A stretch of DNA of 64,000 bases from the NCBI GenBank assembly GCA_050179755.1, contig JBFXEV010000001.1, forward strand, positions 585,994 to 649,993, written 5' to 3'. The translations under genes and the position numbers were made by a program. The notes beneath the pieces were generated by a model that was not told where the DNA came from, ran no database searches, and saw only the letters and a list, made by a program, of their open reading frames with translations. The stretch comes from Candidatus Babeliales bacterium (GTDB lineage Bacteria; Babelota; Babeliae; Babelales; JBFXEV01). Of this stretch, positions 56,423-64,000 are shown piece after piece. Every line of letters begins with the position of its first letter. Position 1 is the first letter of the stretch.

Positions 56423-57370
56423 TTATTGCGCCATTTTAGATTTTTGATACACATTCTCTTGATATAACCAACGTGCAAGGTTATCAAGAAACACGTCCAC
56501 ATTGATCACCGTTGTTTTTGGTCCAACTGTTTCAATTTTTAATTCTTTTGGCACAGCTGTTTTGATAACTGCATGTTGATATCCTACATAAGGTTGGTTA
56601 GAAATTGCAAGGATTGTGCCTTGTGGATTCATTTCTTTAAGCCAAAGCTTAATAGTATCACCAGTATTTGGGCGACGTGTGTTGCCATCGGCAGCTTGCT
56701 GCATTGGTGTATCGATAAAAAACATTTGTACCGATTCTTTAAATTCTTTTGGCAAATTTGCTTGATCAACAATCATTTTTGCAGCTTCTGTCTCAGTGGT
56801 GGGTGCAACGCTTGGTTCTTGCCAATCATTTCTTATAGGCAGTTGTGTATTTGATCTATCAAATAGTTCTACGAGTGATTCTTTTTGAGCATCTAACGGT
56901 CGCTGTCCTACCAAGAAAATGAGTTGTTTAAAGCGGATGCCTTTATTCCACAGATCAAGTGCATATTGTAAGCGTGTACGCATGCTAGAAAGTGTTGCGC
57001 CAAGAATAATAACATCATTATATTCTTTTTGCGTCGGTTTTATCTCGTCAAATATATGCAATTCTTTAAAGTAAGGTTCTAATTGAGGTTTGAGCTCATC
57101 AAATTTTTGCTCTATTTGCCAACGTTCAACACCGGGTTTGCGTAACCATGCTTGCTGCGTTGCTTGCACAACAGAATCTAAAGTTCCATCATGTTGCACA
57201 TTAGTTATTTTGAGAATTTCATTAAGTGCTGGCGAAATCATAGTATGTTGCAGTACATAATTTGTTAGATCAACGTAATGCTCTTTGGTATCGGATTTAA
57301 AGCAGCCTGATGAGCATGAAAGTATTGCGCAAGATAAAAATAATAAGTGAGAGAATTTAGATCTATGCAT
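56423..57370 (-). CDS. Putative lipoprotein, possibly distant YdcF/DUF218-like
   Basis: Lipobox-like ILSC/SSGC; DVIILGA..RTRL, VGQRPL, TETE, RPNTGDT, ISNQPY. Confidence 0.65.
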   Translation of the reverse strand: MHRSKFSHLLFLSCAILSCSSGCFKSDTKEHYVDLTNYVLQHTMISPALNEILKITNVQHDGTLDSVVQATQQAWLRKPGVERWQIEQKFDELKPQLEPYFKELHIFDEIKPTQKEYNDVIILGATLSSMRTRLQYALDLWNKGIRFKQLIFLVGQRPLDAQKESLVELFDRSNTQLPIRNDWQEPSVAPTTETEAAKMIVDQANLPKEFKESVQMFFIDTPMQQAADGNTRRPNTGDTIKLWLKEMNPQGTILAISNQPYVGYQHAVIKTAVPKELKIETVGPKTTVINVDVFLDNLARWLYQENVYQKSKMAQ

Positions 57371-57383
57371 AGTTGTTTTTTCG

Positions 57384-58199
57384 CTAATGTGGTAATCGAA
57401 ATATATTGCTCTGCTTTATTATCATCTCTTCTTTACATAATTGATACAAGATCTTTTTTACTCGTTCTTCTTCTTTATTAATGTTCATAATAATAGTTTC
57501 ATATGATATTGCAACAGACTCTGTCAGTAGTCTTATTATAGCACCGCGTATTTGCCTATCTGAGCCTTCAAACTTTGATTGCACTGCGTGATGTTTGCTT
57601 TTGCGGCTTGGATTAATCATGTGCGATTTAAGCAATACGCCATAATCCATTAATGCATAGTACCATTCACGAGGGTTTGAAGAATCTAAAGCTTCTTTAA
57701 TAAAGGGCATTAGTTCTTTATCTGAAATCTTATCTTTTTTCTGAAAGAAAAAATGAATAAACACGGTGCGAATATTGGTTTCTATAAAAACGTGGGGCTT
57801 GTTAAATGCAAACGTGCAAACTGCATGTGCGGTGTATGGCCCTATGCCAGGCAGCGCAATAAGCTCTTCTGGCTCGTGAGGGAATATGCCGTTATATTTG
57901 GTTACAATTTCTTTGCAGGCATTATGCAATGATTTTGCACGACGATTATACCCTAAGCCTTGCCACATACAAAGAACATCAGCAAGTGGTGCCTGTGCCA
58001 AATTACTAAAGTTAGGAAATCTTTTTAAAAAAGCATCATACTTTGGTGCCACTCTATGAGTCTGGGTTTGTTGCAGCATGATTTCTGAAACTAGAATATG
58101 ATAGGGGTCACTAGTTGTGCGCCAAGCAAATTCACGTTTGCTTGCGTTATAATGATCCCAGATGATCGTGCGAAATTGTTTGATGCTTAACTTTGTCAT
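57384..58199 (-). CDS. mutY: A/G-specific adenine glycosylase, short form without the Fe-S cysteine motif
   Basis: WR..DPYHILVSEIMLQQTQ, WQGLGYNRRA, HhH LPGIGPYTA, ETNIRTV, ALMDYG. Confidence 0.88.
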   Translation of the reverse strand: MTKLSIKQFRTIIWDHYNASKREFAWRTTSDPYHILVSEIMLQQTQTHRVAPKYDAFLKRFPNFSNLAQAPLADVLCMWQGLGYNRRAKSLHNACKEIVTKYNGIFPHEPEELIALPGIGPYTAHAVCTFAFNKPHVFIETNIRTVFIHFFFQKKDKISDKELMPFIKEALDSSNPREWYYALMDYGVLLKSHMINPSRKSKHHAVQSKFEGSDRQIRGAIIRLLTESVAISYETIIMNINKEEERVKKILYQLCKEEMIIKQSNIFRLPH

Positions 58200-58239
58200 G
58201 CACAAAAGTGTACTGCAAAGGAAAAATTGAGCAACTAGA

Positions 58240-60903
58240 TTAAACCGGCCCTACTTTGAATATGCTGAGGTTATCTCTGTTAAGCACTCGCTTAACGGCA
58301 TCACGCACTTCTTGAACCGTAATTTTTTTGATTTCTTCTATGCGCGTTACTAAATAATCGTGCGGATATTTCCTTGCATTTAAATACAAGAAAGTACTTA
58401 CAATGGATCCATTTGTTGAATATTGATCATTAAGGTCATTTGCCATAGTTTGCTGCGCAAGCACTAAATCATCTTGAGTAAATTCATTTGCTAGTGTATC
58501 GATTGTATTAAGAATTAATTCTTGTGCTTCTTGAACCCGTGTTTGGGAAACTTGGGTTTTAATAAAGACTTCGCCAGGTTCTTGATTTGCCCCTTGTACA
58601 ACTGAGCCACCAATCCAGTAAAATGCATTTGTTTTTTCTCGTAAAGCAAATAATTTATTGTTAAACACAACATCAAATAAAAGTAATGGGATATAATCTT
58701 TATGTTTGCTATTGACTGAAAGTCCAATAAAACCAAGCATGATTTGCTCACGTTCAATGTTATAGGTGATTTCTGTTTCAGTTTTTTTAACTTGGCCATT
58801 GAATAGCTTGCGGTCTTCAACTTTTGGCCCGTGCCATTTACCCAGAGTCTTTTCTAATACTTCAATTATATTGATACCAGATAAATCTCCTGCAATAGCA
58901 ATAGTTGCACCGTTAGGACTACAATAATTGGTGTGGAACGCTTTAATATCGTCAAGAGTAATACTTGCAATCGACTCGGGCGTTCCAATAGGATCTTGGA
59001 AGAATCCTGCTTCTTCATACAGATGTTTGCCCATCAAATAACACATAATTGATTGTGGATCATCCCAGTAGTTTACATAATCGGTGAGCGCAAGTTGTTT
59101 TTGCTTTTCTAATTTTTCTTGTTCAAATAAGGGGTTGCAAATAATATCAGTTAAAAGTTCAAATGCTTTTTGAGCTTCTTTGTTTAGCGTACTCATTCGA
59201 TATGTTCCTGGAGAGATTGCAATACCTATGCCTCTTTTTTCAACCTCATTCCAGAGTAGTTCTTTTGGCCAATTTTTTGTACCTTCAAATAACATGGCAA
59301 CATATAGTGCGTTCAAAGGTGATTTGTCTTTTGGTTGATAACCGCTATCGAATTTTAGGTCCAACTGTACTTCAATCTGTGGTAAATTATCATTGTGATA
59401 GTAGAGTACCTTAAGGCCATTTGAAAGGGTGTGCACTCCAGGTTTTGGAATGGCAATGGCAATAGGTTCTTGTGCGATTACTGTGTGCACGTACTTACCT
59501 TGCTCTACAGGAGACTGGCGCATTTTATTTTGCGAGAGCAAAAGATCTTCTTGATTTACTTTCTCTTGTAGTTCTTTCCAAATGGGTCGTTCCTCTTCCG
59601 GAAGAGGTAGCAGTGTGCCCATGTGCCTTACTGAGCTGCGCAAGTATTTTTTAATAAAGGTTTGTATTTCTTGTTTAATGTGCGCATAATCGTGTCTTAA
59701 ATATTCAAATACGCCATCTTCTTTTTTGGTTGTAAGATAATGTGAAGCAATAGAAGATGCTTGAGCATGATTATTTTCCAGCATTACATAAAAGCTTGCT
59801 TCAAACATGGTGATTACTTTTGAAATTTCTTCAATTGTAGGCCCTTCAGTTTGCAGTAGAGAAAGTTCTTGCTGAATACAAGCTATTATTTTTTCTACAT
59901 CTTCTTGTTGGTTTGGTTCAAATCCTATAAGCAGTATATCATGATCATGAAGTCTCCATGTGTTTGCACTGATTGAATGTATCAACTTTTGGTTCTCTAC
60001 TAATTTTTTATATAATCGAGAATTTTGCCCGCTACATAAGATATTTAAAAAGACATCAAGCGCAATGCTAGAGTATTTTTTTGAACCCGGAACTTCATAT
60101 GCTATAGCTACAACTGGCTTTTGCACATTTCGGTAGAGAGTTACTGATTTTGAGCAAATATCTTCTTGGTGAGTACATTGTTTTTGTTTATATGAAAAAT
60201 TCGGTTTTTTGTCGCCAAAGTGCTTAGTAACTTGTTTAAGAGCCTCTTTAGGGTCAATATTACCTACAATTACCAAAACGGCATTGTTGGGAATATAATG
60301 CTTTTTATAGAATGCTACCAGTTTTTCACGAGATAACGATTCTAAGTCTGATTGATAACCAATTATAGGATAATGATACGGGTGATCAGGGAAAACAGAA
60401 GCCATCAATGTTTGGCTTACTTGGATGCCATAATCGTCACGGCAATTTTTCATTTCTTGAATGACCACTTGAAGCTCAGCGTTAAGTAAGTCTTGCTTAA
60501 AGGTGCAATTGGTCATAATATCAGAAAGAATAGGGAGTGCCTCAAACCAATGTTGGGTCGGTAAGTCTAAATAAAAACGTGTGCGATCATAGCTTGTATC
60601 CGCATTAAAAGAACCTGAAAGCTTGTTAACCGTTAGGCGAATATCAGTTTCGGACATTTTCTGAGTACCCTTAAAGCACATGTGCTCAAGCCAATGAGCA
60701 AGGCCCTTTTCATCGTCAGCTTCATGCTTTGAACCTACATTTACCCAAAGTTGAGTGCTCACGTTTTGTGTAGTTTTTACCGGCCGAATTAAGACGGTCA
60801 GACCATTTTCAAGCACATGTTTTTGCACGTGCGTGCTCGCATTAATGAATGTAATGCAGAGTAAAAGGTTCAATGAGACTAGGTTAATAAGTAGTTTTTG
60901 CAT
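58240..60903 (-). CDS. M16 (insulinase-family) zinc peptidase, fused two-half form, secreted
   Basis: LENGLTV, GLAHWLEHMCFKGT (HxxEH), HPYHYPIIG, YIPNNA; second half begins LSNGLKV. Confidence 0.93.
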   Translation of the reverse strand: MQKLLINLVSLNLLLCITFINASTHVQKHVLENGLTVLIRPVKTTQNVSTQLWVNVGSKHEADDEKGLAHWLEHMCFKGTQKMSETDIRLTVNKLSGSFNADTSYDRTRFYLDLPTQHWFEALPILSDIMTNCTFKQDLLNAELQVVIQEMKNCRDDYGIQVSQTLMASVFPDHPYHYPIIGYQSDLESLSREKLVAFYKKHYIPNNAVLVIVGNIDPKEALKQVTKHFGDKKPNFSYKQKQCTHQEDICSKSVTLYRNVQKPVVAIAYEVPGSKKYSSIALDVFLNILCSGQNSRLYKKLVENQKLIHSISANTWRLHDHDILLIGFEPNQQEDVEKIIACIQQELSLLQTEGPTIEEISKVITMFEASFYVMLENNHAQASSIASHYLTTKKEDGVFEYLRHDYAHIKQEIQTFIKKYLRSSVRHMGTLLPLPEEERPIWKELQEKVNQEDLLLSQNKMRQSPVEQGKYVHTVIAQEPIAIAIPKPGVHTLSNGLKVLYYHNDNLPQIEVQLDLKFDSGYQPKDKSPLNALYVAMLFEGTKNWPKELLWNEVEKRGIGIAISPGTYRMSTLNKEAQKAFELLTDIICNPLFEQEKLEKQKQLALTDYVNYWDDPQSIMCYLMGKHLYEEAGFFQDPIGTPESIASITLDDIKAFHTNYCSPNGATIAIAGDLSGINIIEVLEKTLGKWHGPKVEDRKLFNGQVKKTETEITYNIEREQIMLGFIGLSVNSKHKDYIPLLLFDVVFNNKLFALREKTNAFYWIGGSVVQGANQEPGEVFIKTQVSQTRVQEAQELILNTIDTLANEFTQDDLVLAQQTMANDLNDQYSTNGSIVSTFLYLNARKYPHDYLVTRIEEIKKITVQEVRDAVKRVLNRDNLSIFKVGPV

Positions 60904-61142
60904 AAATAGAATCGCTTTTAGTATTAACTCAAAAAGTAGCTTTTGTCATAAAGTAAGCATAGCAGGATGGCGAGCTTTTTCAATTATTTTCCATATAATC
61001 ACAAATTGAAATAATTCGCGCAAGGCCGCCTGGCGCTTCAATCCTTGCCATTATTTTTACAAATTGTATAATAAGTAATAATAATATAATGTATTATGGT
61101 TAAATGGTGGATATTCTTCTTTTCTTATTAGTAAGGCAAAAA

Positions 61143-62207
61143 ATGGCCCAATCATTCAAAATGCTCACAATCCTTTGTTTGACTATCTCTGTAAGCAGTA
61201 AGGCTACGTTTGTAAAGATGGAGGAGTTATTTCACCCTCATCTTAAGCAGACAATTATTTTGGGTGCCGATATATATAGTAATGATATTTCTCAACAAGA
61301 TGATGTATTGGCTGCGATACAAAATAACAAAGCATATACAATTTTAGAGGTTTTCAATGATGACAAGCCAATAAGTGAGCCTACATTACTTTTACATGCG
61401 CTAGAGGCAGAATTAACCCTTCAAAGATTGCCAGGCTATAAATGTGATTTCGGAAAAGGCTTACGGCAACTTATTGATGCGAAATATTCCTTTAGAGAAT
61501 ACTATACTGAATGTATGAAAAAATTAGGGCAAGATGAAGATGCTAAAGCAGCAATTTTCATTTCTACTATTCGTGCATTTAACCAGGCACTTGCTGACGG
61601 CTTTGCTATACTCAAAGAAATTTCACAAGACATTGCACTTTTAAAAAATGATAATTTTTACTCAGCAGACCAGATAGAAATCCTTGCTATTGAATTGGAC
61701 AAAATCGGTATTTTATGTAATGAAATAAATACTATTATTGCCACGGCGTTTCCAAAAGAAGTTGGTGATGATGAAACTGATACAATTACTTTTGTAGATT
61801 TGGTTTCGAGCGATACATTTATAGAAAGTATAAACGATTTGTTCCATGGCGAGAGTAGTCTATTTTCAAACTTGTTTGATATGAGTAATTTATTATTTGA
61901 GATGCGAGTAATAGTTCATATTTTAAAAAATAAACGAGAGCCAGTTATTTTTGTGTGTGCATATGAATCGCGTATTGATAATATATCAAGGATTTTAAAA
62001 GATTTATCATATATTGTTCAGACATCAAAAGAAAGAGATTTAAGCAATCTACCAACTAGTCCTAATATTTATATTGGGGTGGACGCTATTTCTATTTCAC
62101 CGTATTTTATATTGGCTGCAATTCCAGAGTTTAATGTTCAAGAATTTATAGCTGCGTGCAAAACATTAAAAAACAACCCGCCTGCAGATGTTGCCGCGGC
62201 GGGTTAA
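61143..62207 (+). CDS. Secreted acidic hypothetical protein
   Basis: Long open frame with signal-like MLTILCLTISVSSKA; start uncertain. Confidence 0.72.
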   Translation: MAQSFKMLTILCLTISVSSKATFVKMEELFHPHLKQTIILGADIYSNDISQQDDVLAAIQNNKAYTILEVFNDDKPISEPTLLLHALEAELTLQRLPGYKCDFGKGLRQLIDAKYSFREYYTECMKKLGQDEDAKAAIFISTIRAFNQALADGFAILKEISQDIALLKNDNFYSADQIEILAIELDKIGILCNEINTIIATAFPKEVGDDETDTITFVDLVSSDTFIESINDLFHGESSLFSNLFDMSNLLFEMRVIVHILKNKREPVIFVCAYESRIDNISRILKDLSYIVQTSKERDLSNLPTSPNIYIGVDAISISPYFILAAIPEFNVQEFIAACKTLKNNPPADVAAAG

Positions 62208-62220
62208 TGTTTCTTGGTGC

Positions 62221-64000
62221 TCAATTAACAGAACCTACTTTAAATACGCTCATGTTCTTGGAATTAAATACCTTTTTTACCGCATCACGCACTTCTTGCA
62301 CCGTGATCTTTTTAAGCTCATCAATACGCGTTACATAATAGTCATACGGCAGTTCATAATCATGCAAAAAAGCAAACGAGCTTGCAATAGAATTATTGGT
62401 AGAATATTGATCATTAATAGTATTAATTAGGGCGTTTTGCGCATCATAAAGATCATGCTCAGTAAACGAATCTGCCGCATGATCAATAAAATGTAAAATC
62501 ATGTCTTGTGCTTCTTGTGCTCGCGTTTGAGAAACTTGCGTTTTAATGACTGCATAACCAGGGCGTTTGGAAACGTTACTAATTACGGATCCTGCAATGC
62601 CATAAAAGGCATTACTTTGCTCGCGCAAGGTAAATAACTTTTTATTGAGCACTTGGTTAAACAGCGCCAGTGCGTGAAAATCTTTATGACGGCGATCAAT
62701 TGATGGACCACATACTGCAAGCATTATTTGCTCACGTTCAATAGGGTGTAGTATTGTTTCTGGTTTATGTTTAGGTAACGTTTGATATGTGATATCTTTA
62801 ACTCTTAGTCCCTGCCATTTGCCAAACGTATGCTCGACAATTTTTCGTAGGTTTAATCCATTCAAATCACCAACAATCACTAGTGTTGCACCTTGCGGGC
62901 TGTAATATTTGGCATGAAAATCATGGAGCATGTTGGGTGTTATGGCCGCAATGCTTTCTGGCGTGCCTAATGTGTTAGGGCATTGACCTTGCCACATATG
63001 CTTATCAATTAAATAATCTAAAATAGAATCTGGGTTATCCCAGAACTTTTTATAGTAAGCAAGCACGTGCTGTTTAATTTTTTCTAAATTGTTAGTATCA
63101 AAACGGGGATTTGCAATAATATCTGTTGCCAGTTCCATGCTCATTGCAGCATTTTGTGTAAGCACGTTCATGGTAAATGAACCAATACCAGTGGTAACCC
63201 CTGCACCATAGCGCTCAAGTTCTTCCATGAGGTTTTTCTTGGAGCGTGTTTTGGTTCCTTCAAGAAGCATTGCATTAAGAATTGAGCAGAGACCGGGTGC
63301 TTTCTTGGGTTCATACCAACTATCAAATTTAAATTGTAAATTAATAGTTACTTTCGGGATATTATCATTATGATAATAGAGCACTTTAAGGCCATTGTCG
63401 AGCATAAATTCTTGCGGCACTGCAATATCATGCACGTTTGGTTCACGCGCAATAACCTTATGCATATAGACCGGCGCTTCAACTGGTGATATCCGCTTTT
63501 TATCTTGCAATAATTGGGCATCTTCTTGGTTTGATTGTGTTTGCAATTGCTTCCAAGTCTCATGCTCTTCAGGTGGTAACGGCATTAGCAAGCCGGTGTG
63601 CATTATTGAAGGCCGCAAATAATTGCATACCAGTTGTTGTATGTCATGCATAATTGATGTTATAGTGCTCGTAAAATAATTAAAGAGCGCATCGTCATGC
63701 CCTGTTGCAAGATACAGGCGGCCAATAGTTTCTGCTTGACTGTGATTTGATTCAAGCATATCAAAAAAACTTGATTGGATTTTTTGCACCGTCCATGCAA
63801 CTTCATTTTGTGTTGGTCCATATATTTTTAAACGTTCAAGTTCATTCCAAATAATAGCATGAATTGTAGGTATTGTTGCCGCATCATGTGGTTCAAATAT
63901 AATCCACAACGTATCAGCATCAAATAAGCCAAAAGAATGTACGCTTATACTGGTAACAAGTTGTTCTTCATCAACTAATCTTTTGTATAAACGTGAATCT
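62221..64000 (-). CDS. M16 peptidase paralog (5' end outside window)
   Basis: Colinear with 58240..60903: LDNGLKVLYYHNDN, GTPESIA, IEREQIML, KKITVQEVRDAVK; frame open to the window edge (SRLYKRLV). Confidence 0.92.
   Translation of the reverse strand, partial: DSRLYKRLVDEEQLVTSISVHSFGLFDADTLWIIFEPHDAATIPTIHAIIWNELERLKIYGPTQNEVAWTVQKIQSSFFDMLESNHSQAETIGRLYLATGHDDALFNYFTSTITSIMHDIQQLVCNYLRPSIMHTGLLMPLPPEEHETWKQLQTQSNQEDAQLLQDKKRISPVEAPVYMHKVIAREPNVHDIAVPQEFMLDNGLKVLYYHNDNIPKVTINLQFKFDSWYEPKKAPGLCSILNAMLLEGTKTRSKKNLMEELERYGAGVTTGIGSFTMNVLTQNAAMSMELATDIIANPRFDTNNLEKIKQHVLAYYKKFWDNPDSILDYLIDKHMWQGQCPNTLGTPESIAAITPNMLHDFHAKYYSPQGATLVIVGDLNGLNLRKIVEHTFGKWQGLRVKDITYQTLPKHKPETILHPIEREQIMLAVCGPSIDRRHKDFHALALFNQVLNKKLFTLREQSNAFYGIAGSVISNVSKRPGYAVIKTQVSQTRAQEAQDMILHFIDHAADSFTEHDLYDAQNALINTINDQYSTNNSIASSFAFLHDYELPYDYYVTRIDELKKITVQEVRDAVKKVFNSKNMSVFKVGSVN

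Overview
AT-rich bacterial chromosome segment. Gene content suggests, by inference, a protist-associated intracellular bacterium, most like Ca. Dependentiae/Babelota (TM6). Housekeeping genes are rho (partial), secF, rpmA, thyX, polA, priA, orn, a doubled ddl, alsT, ruvA, tRNA-Gly(GCC), jag, mnmE, pal, rng/rne, gatB, phrB, tspO, mutY and two M16 peptidases. They are interleaved with many signal-peptide-bearing ankyrin, TPR and orphan proteins. Highlights: (1) three GC-rich palindromic mini-repeat families that nest inside each other and sit in frame inside mnmE and an ankyrin gene; (2) four tandem secreted GMC oxidoreductases with Cys/Lys-rich N-termini, altered active-site residues and gene-conversion tracts, reminiscent of Mimivirus fibril GMC proteins; (3) a Met directly after the predicted signal-peptide cleavage site in 18 putative effectors; (4) a birth-and-death TPR array with relic genes; (5) a Ddl-Ddl fusion, a signal-peptide-like extension on PolA, a tRNA-Gly with U2:A71, a clusterless MutY and a candidate structured rng leader. 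No CRISPR array, rRNA, integrase or transposase was seen. All calls come from visual motif recognition; no searches were run.
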